A stretch of 64,000 bases of DNA from a virus. The DNA is taken from positions 64,001-128,000 of IMG/VR virus record IMGVR_UViG_3300047489_000453. One strand, written 5' to 3'. Shown piece after piece: positions 9,267-18,626 of the stretch; positions within the stretch are counted from its first letter, which is position 1; each line of letters begins with the position of its first letter. A program made the position numbers and the translations under genes. The notes beneath the pieces were generated by a model. It had not been told where the DNA came from. It did not search any database and was given only the letters and a program-made list of their open reading frames with translations.

Positions 9267-11164
9267 ATATAGTTAAGGCTGTTCCTATAGGGCCCAGTTT
9301 GACTCATATAACCCTGGTTCATGGCGGCAGTGACTGGATTACCTTGCTGCTGGGCGCTTGAGGCGCCTCCGCCCATCAATCGACTAATAGCGGCTCCGCC
9401 TAGCAAGCCTCCGCCTGCTAATAGAGCCCATTTGGCCCATGGGTTATTTTGAAAAAATTCTAATGCTGGAAGCGTGTATCCTGCAGCCATTCTACGGCCT
9501 TCACTTTGAGCCGCTAGCGACGAGCCATAATTGCCTAGCCCTTTAACTAACGGCGTTACGGGGCCTTTGAATCGATCGGCTACTGCTTTTGAAGTTTCGT
9601 ATAACGAGCTCAAAGGAGAGGTCTTCAAACCAGTTGCGTATTGTACAGCTTCTAATGGATTCTCCTTAGCCCATTGAACTTTTGCTGCGTCAAAGCTTTT
9701 TGAGGTTCTGTCTACAAAATTGTTAAAGCCTTGGCGCATGTTAGTAAAATTAGGCCTATTAACGTCCTCCCTTACTCTGTTCATTGCTTCTTCGTTGCCA
9801 AACAATCCTCTAGCGGCGTCATATACGCCAGCCCCTGCCCCTCTTAAAGCATTAGTAGTTGCTGGGCTTCTTACGGTATCAACAAAACTAGGTTTTTGCG
9901 GCTGGGCTGCGCCACTATTAGACGAAGACGTTAAGCCTCCAACTATTGGACCGAATGCCGCAGTGCCTGCAGAGCCTGCAGGGCCTGAAAGCGAGTCGGC
10001 TGTGGCGCCTAGAACATTCTTGGCCCCTGTGTAAGTTTGCTTAAAAGCATCAGACATAGGCCCCGCTGCATTAGATAACTGTTTTTGCAGTGGTTTGTAC
10101 TTACGATAAGCCGCAATAGCGCTTGGTGAATATCGGCGCTTACTTGCATTATCTACAATACCCTTGCCTATCGAATTGGCTCCTTGCCAAATAGATTTTG
10201 CCGCATCTAGTGGGTTAGACGGCTTACCGGCTCCCTGAGCGGCGACGTCTTGTATGGCTTTTAGCTTGTCTTTGTCAAAAGGCTGGCCTAGAGAGCTAAA
10301 GTCAAAGTTAGGCCTAGCAGAAGTGTCAGCCGCTGATTTTAGAAGGTTTAAAAGCTCTGATCTTTTTCCAAACATAGATCCGCCGGTAGGGTTCACGCCA
10401 AACGTGCTTCTAGTTGCGCCTATTAGAGCCTTTCTGGCTGACGAGGCCCGTAGCTTCTTGCTAAGAGGCATGACACCGGCTCCAGGAGATGACTTTCTAG
10501 CTCTAGGCAATCCATCAGATGGATCGAAGTTAACTACGCCATCTTTAGAATCACCTGCACCCCTATTAGGACTGGTTACTACTTCGGCTAGTTTTTGCAG
10601 ATTGGCATCTTTAGACCATAAGCTAATAAGCCTGCTCATGGCTTTCTTTTCTCCGTTTTCTTCCATTTTTTCTAGTTTTTTGTAATAGTCTTTGTCGTCA
10701 GTTAAATGATCCATGGCTATTTCTTTAGCCAGGTCTTTATTAACAGTGTGCTCTCTTTCGTGATCGGCCCCCATCTGAAGCGACTTAGCCGGGAAGTCGC
10801 ACGGCCTCTTATCGTCAGCTGCGCCGCCAGGAACTATATCCTGGCTAGATCTAGCTTTAGGCTTGCTATTCTCAGTGTCGCTACCATCCAGGCAGCTACC
10901 TGAGCTACTTTGGTCAGTGCTTTCGGGGTTTAACTTTTTTTTTAAAGCTTTGGTAGCCTCACTCATAGCTTCAGCAAGCTTGCTTATGGCGTTTGCTGCC
11001 TTATCTGCTGGCTTTGAATCTTTTGATTTGCCGTCTGCTACGTGCTCTGGAAGCTTTTCGTCTTTTGTTTCTTTGGCCCACTCGTCACAATTCCAAGAGC
11101 CAGCCTCTCCTTTCTCTTTCAAAGCATAGCATAGTCTACGTTGTGCTTCTGATTTAAACGGCAT
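9263..11164 (-). CDS. Probable virion-internal multi-segment protein with a DUF5661-like segment and C-terminal glycine zipper
   Basis: MG..HEREHT...AKEIAMDHL....YY.KL segment; repeated K-x-A junctions (SKLAE, QKLAE, LKSAA); GGGLLGGAA at the C-terminus. Confidence 0.55.
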   Translation of the reverse strand: MPFKSEAQRRLCYALKEKGEAGSWNCDEWAKETKDEKLPEHVADGKSKDSKPADKAANAISKLAEAMSEATKALKKKLNPESTDQSSSGSCLDGSDTENSKPKARSSQDIVPGGAADDKRPCDFPAKSLQMGADHEREHTVNKDLAKEIAMDHLTDDKDYYKKLEKMEENGEKKAMSRLISLWSKDANLQKLAEVVTSPNRGAGDSKDGVVNFDPSDGLPRARKSSPGAGVMPLSKKLRASSARKALIGATRSTFGVNPTGGSMFGKRSELLNLLKSAADTSARPNFDFSSLGQPFDKDKLKAIQDVAAQGAGKPSNPLDAAKSIWQGANSIGKGIVDNASKRRYSPSAIAAYRKYKPLQKQLSNAAGPMSDAFKQTYTGAKNVLGATADSLSGPAGSAGTAAFGPIVGGLTSSSNSGAAQPQKPSFVDTVRSPATTNALRGAGAGVYDAARGLFGNEEAMNRVREDVNRPNFTNMRQGFNNFVDRTSKSFDAAKVQWAKENPLEAVQYATGLKTSPLSSLYETSKAVADRFKGPVTPLVKGLGNYGSSLAAQSEGRRMAAGYTLPALEFFQNNPWAKWALLAGGGLLGGAAISRLMGGGASSAQQQGNPVTAAMNQGYMSQTGPYRNSLNYM

Positions 11165-11221
11165 TGCTCGACTCCTAAAATTTATTGCATTAAAAATTCT
11201 AGCAAACTGCAGAGGCAGGCG

Positions 11222-11956
11222 CTATAGGTTATTTAGATTGAAAAACTTTCGATATCTAGCGGCCTTAGCCTGGGTTCCAGTGTAAGTTACTCCTTTGTCG
11301 GTGAAGTCCGTAGCTGGATAATACCCAAACAAATTGTTTTTTGGCACTATGTTTGATTTAAACTTTGCCAGCAGGCCCTCATCTAATATTGCAAAGTTCT
11401 TATTGCAGTAGTTCATAACTTCTAAGTCTAAGCACCACATAAGCTTAGATGGTTTTAATAAGTCGCTTGCAACTTGATTTACCGTGCTTACGACATCTTT
11501 TCTAAAGAAATTTACCATCATGTTTTTAGGCCTGGTCTTATCTACAAAGACCCTTGGCAGCCTGTACTGGTGATACTTACTAAAGATGTCGTTTATTCTT
11601 TTAATGTCTGGCTTTTTTATAGCAACAACGTCTACGTCAGTCAGCCCGACGTGGTCATCTACGACAGGCATTGAAAGCCACCTGCTTAGCGCGTAGTAGC
11701 CGTAGCAAGCTTTAGGTCTTTTATCCTTTTCTGGCAGCTCTATCTGTGAGAAGTTTGCGTTTATTTCTTCAAAAGTTATTGGGTCGTGGGTAATAAGTAT
11801 GTCATTGTCTGAGCAGTACTTGTCTACAGATTTATTCTTAGGGCCTACAAACCTTAAAGAAAATCTGGCGTTTGGCCAAAACTTCTTTATAGAAGTGTGC
11901 CAATTTAGAAAAAACAAATCAAAATATACCTGCTCTGCTGCAGTGTGAAATATCAT
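11222..11956 (-). CDS. Putative nucleotide-diphospho-sugar transferase
   Basis: LTDVDVV DxD motif; adjacent to GT9 and FkbM genes. Confidence 0.45.
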   Translation of the reverse strand: MIFHTAAEQVYFDLFFLNWHTSIKKFWPNARFSLRFVGPKNKSVDKYCSDNDILITHDPITFEEINANFSQIELPEKDKRPKACYGYYALSRWLSMPVVDDHVGLTDVDVVAIKKPDIKRINDIFSKYHQYRLPRVFVDKTRPKNMMVNFFRKDVVSTVNQVASDLLKPSKLMWCLDLEVMNYCNKNFAILDEGLLAKFKSNIVPKNNLFGYYPATDFTDKGVTYTGTQAKAARYRKFFNLNNL

Positions 11957-12579
11957 GAAGGGATATAAATCCTCTCGTGCATTATTGATTCATATTTTGT
12001 GTAGTTTCTTTGAGCAAGCCAAGACTCTATGTCTGCGTCTTTAAACCCAAACCTTTCACCGTGGCTCATCCATTCCAAGGCAATTACTGGTCTATATTTC
12101 TCTATGGTAACAGCCGAGCCTCTTAGAGCAGGAAGCTCCCAGCCTTCTATATCGAAATGGATTAAGTCGCAGCCTTCAAGCCCCAGGTCGTCTACCATTA
12201 GAGTGGGTATAAGACCGGTAGTCTCAGGTATTATTGAATAACATCCGATGTTCTTTTTGCTGTTGGTCAGGGCTACGAGCTGCCTGCAGTCTCCTATGCA
12301 CGCCTGCTGCTTAAAAACATTAGCAGCAGAGGCGTTTAAGGTAAGGCAATAAAAATTAAGATTGTCGGGCTCAAATGTATAAACGGACTTAAATATGTTT
12401 CCGTAAAGCTTAGGATAAAAGCCGCAGTTACCGCCGGCTTGTACAGCTACATTTTTATTTTTGCAGTGTGACGAGATTATTGACGGTAAGTCTTTTTCTC
12501 TTTGAAGCCAAGGCCAGCATTTCATGTCTTTAGAGGGCCAGTACCAGCCGTCTTTTAAAATAACTTCTTTTTTTAGCAT
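11953..12579 (-). CDS. FkbM-family methyltransferase
   Basis: VQAGGNCG, VYTFEP, DLIHFDIEGWE..AL.G...TI....PVI.LE. Confidence 0.9.
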   Translation of the reverse strand: MLKKEVILKDGWYWPSKDMKCWPWLQREKDLPSIISSHCKNKNVAVQAGGNCGFYPKLYGNIFKSVYTFEPDNLNFYCLTLNASAANVFKQQACIGDCRQLVALTNSKKNIGCYSIIPETTGLIPTLMVDDLGLEGCDLIHFDIEGWELPALRGSAVTIEKYRPVIALEWMSHGERFGFKDADIESWLAQRNYTKYESIMHERIYIPS

Positions 12580-12604
12580 TTATGTGGCCTCTTGAGTTTT
12601 CTGA

Positions 12605-13381
12605 TTATACCTTACCGGCTTTCAGGGCGTATACCCAATCTCTTATGATTTCAGGAGTTATTCTGTTCATTGCCGCCGTACAGTGCGAACACTTTATCTT
12701 CATTCCACAGGGCGTACCACCTGTGAATATGTTTACGTGGATTGGGTATCCAGTCTGAACTGGGGATATGTAGCCGCCAAATATTACCACCGCTTTCTTA
12801 TTTACAGCAGCAGCCGCATGGTGCAGCCCTCCTTCCGGTAGAACGCATAGCGCTATATTTGATATCAAGGAGGCGGCATGCCTAAAGCTCGGTGGCTGTA
12901 TTACATTTATACCTTTTATCTTTTTGTATTCTGGTTTTGAGATCTGTACCCAATTGACATCTGGCGCCAGGCTTACTAGCTTTTCCCAGTTAGGCCAGCC
13001 CCAATCTTTGTTTACAGTGGCTATTTGTTTTAAGTTTGGCTCTATTATTACAGCGTCTCTACCTATCTTGCCTGCATTATCAATACCGTACTTAATCTCC
13101 TCGTCTGTAAAGAAAAACTCTCCAACAGAAGGACCGACGTTGGTCCACGTCCTTTTTTCTTTTGTCTCACTGGCCCTATATCTTCTTCCTGCGTTTGCGC
13201 CTATCCAGTGTACAAGTGCGCCCCTTTTGACTTCTTCAATGGTTGCCATATTAGGATTATTGAAAAATACTTCCGACCATCTCTGGCGGTTTTTATCCAT
13301 TTTTACGGCAATTTTACGATTAATGGTCTTGGCGAGTATTTTTACCTCACCAGTAACCATAAGGTCGTCACCTAGCCCCAT
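12605..13381 (-). CDS. Glycosyltransferase family 9-like protein
   Basis: MGLGDDLM, NKDW...W..LV, EGGLHHAAAA.....VVIFGG, PC...C..C..AM..I.PE. Confidence 0.8.
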   Translation of the reverse strand: MGLGDDLMVTGEVKILAKTINRKIAVKMDKNRQRWSEVFFNNPNMATIEEVKRGALVHWIGANAGRRYRASETKEKRTWTNVGPSVGEFFFTDEEIKYGIDNAGKIGRDAVIIEPNLKQIATVNKDWGWPNWEKLVSLAPDVNWVQISKPEYKKIKGINVIQPPSFRHAASLISNIALCVLPEGGLHHAAAAVNKKAVVIFGGYISPVQTGYPIHVNIFTGGTPCGMKIKCSHCTAAMNRITPEIIRDWVYALKAGKV

Positions 13382-13392
13382 GACTCATTCCT

Positions 13393-15216
13393 TTACATTT
13401 TCATACGAAATTTTTTATACCATACGGCGAACATAACTATAGTGAATAGCTCTTTTTGGGCATTTAGCCCAGGTCCGGCTGACGGCTTGCCGCTTGCCTT
13501 TTTAGGACCGATATGGTTTACATTATTTAAATATTTGTTGTCTATATCTGCGGAGTTTATTTCGAATATTTCCATTATTTCCCGGTCACTAAGAATATCT
13601 CTGAAATAAGCCCTTATAGGTGAATTCTTCTTGGCCGGGTAGGCCTGAGTGCCGATTACCCAATCGTCAGTAGGAGCCCTCCAGCCTGTCTTGTTTTTAG
13701 TTGTTATAAACTCTGGGAGCTTTGAGTTGTAAGCAAGCCTTAGTAAGTTTTTATTGCACTGATCCCATCTTAGCTTGGAATGCTTTGGAGCGGCTTTTAG
13801 GTTTCCAGGTATACTTCTAGCAAAGTTTTTAAAAACATTACACATCATTGGAAACCTGGCTTCCATTCCAAAGGCCATTCCCAACTTGTCGTTTCTTACT
13901 AAAAAATCCTCACTTAAAGTGTGGAGGCTCTCTATGTACATTATGTCATTAAGATTATTACCAGTCAGGCCGCCTTTTGGAATCCACGACATAAGATACT
14001 CGTGCTGATCTTTGTTTGTAAGCGCCTTTGCTGGATCTAATAGTTTTCTGTGGTGTAGCCTAAGGCTGTCAAGCCTGTCATTAAAAGTGGCATGATTAAA
14101 GTAGTGCTTGTACCCGGCTAGCAGTTCGTCTCCTCCGTCACCGCTCAATGTGACTATTACGCCGTTGTCGCGCAGAAACTTATTAGTGGCGTAATAAGCC
14201 GAGTAACTTTTACCCTGCCTAGGCTCTTCAAGGGCCAGAACCGCAGACTCAAGATTGTCCAGCCAAGCCTGTTCGTTTATTTTTATTTCTTTATGGTCAG
14301 AGCCATAAAGCTCTGCAAGCTGCTTGGCTAAGACGGCATCCTCGTTATGGTTGCACTTTTTATGCGGAATATCAAATTTTGTGGAAAAGGTATGGGCGCT
14401 TATACCAAGTGATTTTGACATTTCGTAAAGAACAGACGAGCTGTCCATGCCGCCGCTAAGAAACAAGCCTACCTGCCTGCGCCCCATAAGTGTCATACTT
14501 ACGGCTTGTTTAAGCTTATCGTGAAGTAGAAGCGGAATGTCTTCTTCGTTCGAAGTAAATGGGTCTATCGGCCTGTTATTAATATTACTGCTATATTTGA
14601 CTCCTGTTCTTATATCCAGCTCTATAATTTCACCGGGTACAAGCCTGCTTATATTCTTGAAGCACGTTATTGGCCCGGCCGTCAGGCCTGAATAATAGAA
14701 GTGCTTGAACCCGTCTATGGACACTTTTCTCTCAAACCCAAGCTCAAGTAAGCTTGCCACCTCTGACGAGAATGCGAGTTTATTTTTTAGATATCCATAG
14801 AATAAAGGCTTGGCTCCGTTACTATCCCTTGCCAGTAGCAGCTTCTTTGATTTCTTATTATAAATAGCCACGGCAAACATACCGTCGCACTCGTATAAAA
14901 AGTCTTTTCCAAACTTTTCATACCCTTTGATTAAAACTTCGGTGTCTGTATCAGACACGAAGTCGCCGCCTATCTTAGCTCTAAGGGATTTGTAGTTATA
15001 GATTTCGCCGTTGTATACCATGACACTTGATTCAGTGTGCCATGGCTGGCTTGATTGTGGAGGCGTATCCACTATTGATAAAAGATTATGCCCCAAGGTT
15101 ATAAAGTCGTCGCCCCATATACCTTCGCCGTCTGGGCCTCTGTGTCTTGCTTTTTTAACCATGGCCGGCATGGCGCCGGTGTCATCTTTCCAACAAAATC
15201 CATGAATACCGCACAT
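13393..15216 (-). CDS. asnB: Asparagine synthase (glutamine-hydrolysing)-family amidotransferase
   Basis: N-terminal MCGI, HRGPD, NGEIYNY, DTEV, GMFA, LSGGMDSS, SGDGGDE, E.RFP. Confidence 0.9.
   Translation of the reverse strand: MCGIHGFCWKDDTGAMPAMVKKARHRGPDGEGIWGDDFITLGHNLLSIVDTPPQSSQPWHTESSVMVYNGEIYNYKSLRAKIGGDFVSDTDTEVLIKGYEKFGKDFLYECDGMFAVAIYNKKSKKLLLARDSNGAKPLFYGYLKNKLAFSSEVASLLELGFERKVSIDGFKHFYYSGLTAGPITCFKNISRLVPGEIIELDIRTGVKYSSNINNRPIDPFTSNEEDIPLLLHDKLKQAVSMTLMGRRQVGLFLSGGMDSSSVLYEMSKSLGISAHTFSTKFDIPHKKCNHNEDAVLAKQLAELYGSDHKEIKINEQAWLDNLESAVLALEEPRQGKSYSAYYATNKFLRDNGVIVTLSGDGGDELLAGYKHYFNHATFNDRLDSLRLHHRKLLDPAKALTNKDQHEYLMSWIPKGGLTGNNLNDIMYIESLHTLSEDFLVRNDKLGMAFGMEARFPMMCNVFKNFARSIPGNLKAAPKHSKLRWDQCNKNLLRLAYNSKLPEFITTKNKTGWRAPTDDWVIGTQAYPAKKNSPIRAYFRDILSDREIMEIFEINSADIDNKYLNNVNHIGPKKASGKPSAGPGLNAQKELFTIVMFAVWYKKFRMKM
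15057..15072. repeat. Degenerate palindrome copy GTGGAGGCGTATCCAC
   Basis: 2 mismatches; preceded by TTGATT like the 28688 copy; inside asnB. Confidence 0.55.
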
Positions 15217-15269
15217 ACGATTCTACTCCATCGTAATTATTTTTACGCTAGTAGGTATGTATTGCACAG

Positions 15270-15983
15270 TTATTTGGGTGGTTGGTAGTTAGGGCTTAAA
15301 ACGCCGCTTCTATATAAATTATACAGGTGGTACGGCAAAACAGGGGCGGCCGGCGCTGGGTGCATTCCAGCGCCGTGAGCTATAGCATCGGCGGTGGTGT
15401 GACCGGCTAAGTGCCCCAAAGCTTTAGGAGCATGCTGAACTGCTAGATTTGAAGCTGTATGGCCTACGGTACTGGCAAGATGAGGCTGAGCTGCCTGTGC
15501 CGCAGGTGCGAGAATCTTGCCTCCATAATAACCTGCTGTGCGGCTAGCCCCTGATATTCCTAAAGTTGACGCCATCGTATTAAAAGCGTGCTGGTCTTGC
15601 TCGCTTTTTTGCCTAAATTTTTCGGCCTCTAGCCCTTTAGTAGGGAAGCTTTTTTGCTCCCCAAGCCTTGCAGTTTCTTTAAGCCTTTCCAGGTCTTGCT
15701 GCTTAGTAGTCAGGCCTTTATGGCTAAGATAGTCACTGGCTTGCTGCTGCATAGTAGGAGCTTGCCTGGACGCCCACAGCTCATTTAGCGTAGGGTTTTT
15801 AGATGGACTAAAGGAGCGATCTGGAGGAACAGGAAGCGGTCGACCTCTACCGTCTAAAGGTCTTATACGGTCAGGGCTATTATACGGCTGAGGGGATTGG
15901 CCGCCTGGCGCTACCGGTTGATTGCCTGCGGCAATTTTTCCCATAAGCTTGCCAAAGTTTTCCGCTCTTCGAATATTAATCAT
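15270..15983 (-). CDS. Leader-family protein (probable virion-internal)
   Basis: N-terminus IRRAENFGKLMGKIAA; low-complexity payload. Confidence 0.6.
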   Translation of the reverse strand: MINIRRAENFGKLMGKIAAGNQPVAPGGQSPQPYNSPDRIRPLDGRGRPLPVPPDRSFSPSKNPTLNELWASRQAPTMQQQASDYLSHKGLTTKQQDLERLKETARLGEQKSFPTKGLEAEKFRQKSEQDQHAFNTMASTLGISGASRTAGYYGGKILAPAAQAAQPHLASTVGHTASNLAVQHAPKALGHLAGHTTADAIAHGAGMHPAPAAPVLPYHLYNLYRSGVLSPNYQPPK

Positions 15984-16009
15984 GTATCACCTGTAAGTAT
16001 TGTATAATT

Positions 16010-16636
16010 CTAGCGTTCTAGGCTTTTACTCACTGCATTATTAACTGCTTTTTGAGCACTTATTGGATCTGTTAGTTTAATTGAACTGCCTGCTACGTTT
16101 CTAGCGTAATTACCCCAAGATCCTGCAGGAGTAAATAGGGCTTTAAGTACGCTTGGGCCTTTGTATGCCAGCGCCAAATCACCACTTGAACCTATTAACC
16201 CATGTCCTCTTTGTAGATTGTAATCAATCATTGCTTGGTGTTTAGCTTTGTTTTCAGCTTCCCATGCCTCTCTTTGCTCTGGACTGGCTGCGGCCCACCT
16301 GCTTTTATCGGTAGGAAAATACTTTCCGGCTGCTTGGTCTTTTGCTCTTGCAGTGTCAGACATCTCATAACTTGCATTGTACTTTTTGGGGGGAGAGCCT
16401 GATAAACTTGGAGCCGCATTATTAGCCTGGTTCCACATCTTATTTTGTTGTTCAAATCCTAAAGGTTGTTTTGTTTCTTTAAGGTTTACGCTTTTAACAG
16501 GAGCCCCCAGTTTGCCAGGAACTGGTGTTACTGATAAAGGGTCGGCAGAATTGGCGGAAAGATTGTCAGCTGCTATCTTTCCCATAATCTGGCCAAATCT
16601 AGCCGCTTTGGTAAATCTATTCATTATTTTACTCAT
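16010..16636 (-). CDS. Leader-family protein
   Basis: N-terminus NRFTKAARFGQIMGKIAA. Confidence 0.6.
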   Translation of the reverse strand: MSKIMNRFTKAARFGQIMGKIAADNLSANSADPLSVTPVPGKLGAPVKSVNLKETKQPLGFEQQNKMWNQANNAAPSLSGSPPKKYNASYEMSDTARAKDQAAGKYFPTDKSRWAAASPEQREAWEAENKAKHQAMIDYNLQRGHGLIGSSGDLALAYKGPSVLKALFTPAGSWGNYARNVAGSSIKLTDPISAQKAVNNAVSKSLER

Positions 16637-17193
16637 GAGTCAGCCGTTAGCTTACTTACGTTGTTTTCACCAGTTACGTTTTTCTTTTTGCAGCCAACCG
16701 GAATATAGAATCCTAATTGTGGAGACGTCTCCAAACCATAGCTCCGGCGTATATCCTCAAGATTATCACTTTCTATTGAAATTGCCCATAGCTTTTCGTA
16801 CTCACCGTTAGCTGGGAGCTCTACTATTGGGCCTAAAGTATAGTTATAAGCGTGCCCTCTTTCAGTTACTTTGTCAGGGCCGCCAATCTTATCTACTTCG
16901 GCTTTGGTCATTACTTTAATAGCAGCCTCAGTACGATTATTACGCACAACAAACTCAGCGCCAGGCTCATGTAGGGCATCGAATACTCCTTTGATTAGGG
17001 AAGCTGGGACAGTAAGTTCTATGCCGCCGTTAGGGCCTGCTTGAAGCCTACCGGATAAAGCATGCACAGCCGTATGTGACCCTGCTTTGCATAGATGCCC
17101 GTGAGCCTGACCTAATGAAAAGAACTCGGAGTCGATGAGCTTTGCTCTTTCGATTCCTTTAGATAAACCCAACGATAGCGGCGGTATGGTCAT
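16633..17193 (-). CDS. Hypothetical protein, possibly a degenerate 2H-phosphoesterase fold
   Basis: AAIKVM and FYIPVG at the positions expected for two HxS/T motifs; L..IR..YGL. Confidence 0.35.
   Translation of the reverse strand: MTIPPLSLGLSKGIERAKLIDSEFFSLGQAHGHLCKAGSHTAVHALSGRLQAGPNGGIELTVPASLIKGVFDALHEPGAEFVVRNNRTEAAIKVMTKAEVDKIGGPDKVTERGHAYNYTLGPIVELPANGEYEKLWAISIESDNLEDIRRSYGLETSPQLGFYIPVGCKKKNVTGENNVSKLTADS
16719..16734. repeat. Dispersed palindrome copy GTGGAGACGTCTCCAA
   Basis: 1 mismatch; inside a CDS. Confidence 0.8.
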
Positions 17194-17753
17194 TTGACTG
17201 AACCAGGTATAAGCCCTTTAGGATTAAAAAGGTAAGGTAATGCACTGGCGGCATTGCTATTGTATTCGTTGTTAACTCTCATACGAGAAGCTGCTATACC
17301 ATTAATATCTCTAGGTGGATTTGCCCTGTTCATATTGGCTAGTTCGTTATAGTGCTTAGCGTTAGATAGTTCTCTTACTTTATCAGATACGTTAGCTGAT
17401 CTCCACGGACTTGCCGCTGGTGAATCGCTGCGCTTGGGATCTTTAGCGACAGATAGTTGGTTTCTGTTATCTCTATTAGTATTTAACCAACTGTTAGGAT
17501 TAACAAATCCACTGGGGTCTTTTAATCCCCACAGCTGGCTTCTTGCGTCGCCTGTACTAAGACTTCTTCTTTCAGCCTCGCCCGGACTATTAACGATTGT
17601 ACTGATGCCGTTGCCTTTAGGGACATTATCGTGCTGGGGGTTAAAGATATCATTTCTAGGACGCTTGGCCATTCTGCCCATCATTCTTCCAAACTCTTCT
17701 GCTTGTTTAATACTCATTTGATAAACCCAATGATAGTGGAGGTATGGTCATTT
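17162..17753. repeat. 34-bp imperfect direct repeats (17162-17195 and 17720-17753) flanking a leader-family gene
   Basis: Both copies encode MTIPPLSLGLS; the 3 mismatches are synonymous. Confidence 0.85.
17190..17717 (-). CDS. Leader-family protein
   Basis: N-terminus MSIKQAEEFGRMMGRMA. Confidence 0.6.
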   Translation of the reverse strand: MSIKQAEEFGRMMGRMAKRPRNDIFNPQHDNVPKGNGISTIVNSPGEAERRSLSTGDARSQLWGLKDPSGFVNPNSWLNTNRDNRNQLSVAKDPKRSDSPAASPWRSANVSDKVRELSNAKHYNELANMNRANPPRDINGIAASRMRVNNEYNSNAASALPYLFNPKGLIPGSVK

Positions 17754-17779
17754 TTAATCCTTATAAGTTACCTTGCCAA

Positions 17780-18622
17780 TTACTCTAGGAAATCCTTATA
17801 AGTTACCTTGCCGATAACTCTACGACTCCCTCCATCAGAGCTTGGAGGTAGGGCTATTTCTCCGCCCCAATTCATATATGGACCTGCTTTTTGTCTACTA
17901 TAAGTGTTAGGGTATTTACTAGTATCGAGTATCTGATTCACAAGATGTCCGTAGTAGCTCCTCTCGGCGTCTGTTCTAGCAATGTTTTCTCTAGCCTTTA
18001 TGATGAGTGGCTCTGAATAGTACGGAGGTTTTTGTCTCAACTCTCTTGCAAGGTCAGCCCGAGCTCTTTGGTGCTCAAAGTCAGCTCTGTTTTGTTTTGT
18101 AGTTGCGTCATCAAGGTCACTTTGATAACGGAGACCTTCGAACTCAGGTATGCGGTTTAAATCAATCGGGTAAGGTTCATCTGGGTAATAATTTTTATAT
18201 TTTTTACGATAGTAGTCATCCATCTCTGCTTTTGTAGGCTCTCTAAACCTATGCCTACTCCAGAAATTAGATGAGGAATCATCTGATTTAGGGAGGCTAG
18301 AAGGTGAACCTTGCAAGTGCTTTTTAACTTCCCTTTCTAGCACTCTCTGTTCAGCCTGTCTATACTCGTCGTCTGAAGGCTTACTAGCAGGAATTAGCTT
18401 ACCAGCCAAGTGGCCCAATCCGGCTCCAGCCAAACCACCTAATCCTGCCCCAATCATAGCTCTTCTCAACTTATTCTCTTTGGTTCCTTTAAGCCAGTCA
18501 TAGATAGCGGTGCCTCCGCCACCTATAGCTGCCCCTGCCAAGGATGATAACATTGTAGGGCTTAAAGCTACTGCCCTTTTACCCATCATTCTTCCAAACT
18601 CTTCTGCTTGTTTAATGTTCAT
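17780..18622 (-). CDS. Leader-family protein with glycine zippers
   Basis: MNIKQAEEFGRMMGKRA; GAAIGGGG and GAGLGGLAGAGLG. Confidence 0.6.
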   Translation of the reverse strand: MNIKQAEEFGRMMGKRAVALSPTMLSSLAGAAIGGGGTAIYDWLKGTKENKLRRAMIGAGLGGLAGAGLGHLAGKLIPASKPSDDEYRQAEQRVLEREVKKHLQGSPSSLPKSDDSSSNFWSRHRFREPTKAEMDDYYRKKYKNYYPDEPYPIDLNRIPEFEGLRYQSDLDDATTKQNRADFEHQRARADLARELRQKPPYYSEPLIIKARENIARTDAERSYYGHLVNQILDTSKYPNTYSRQKAGPYMNWGGEIALPPSSDGGSRRVIGKVTYKDFLE

Positions 18623-18626
18623 TGCA

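Noticed and set aside
17162-17822. Diversity-generating retroelement TR/VR pair
   Set aside because: Repeats are only ~33 bp, mismatches are synonymous and not restricted to adenines, and there is no reverse transcriptase in the window.
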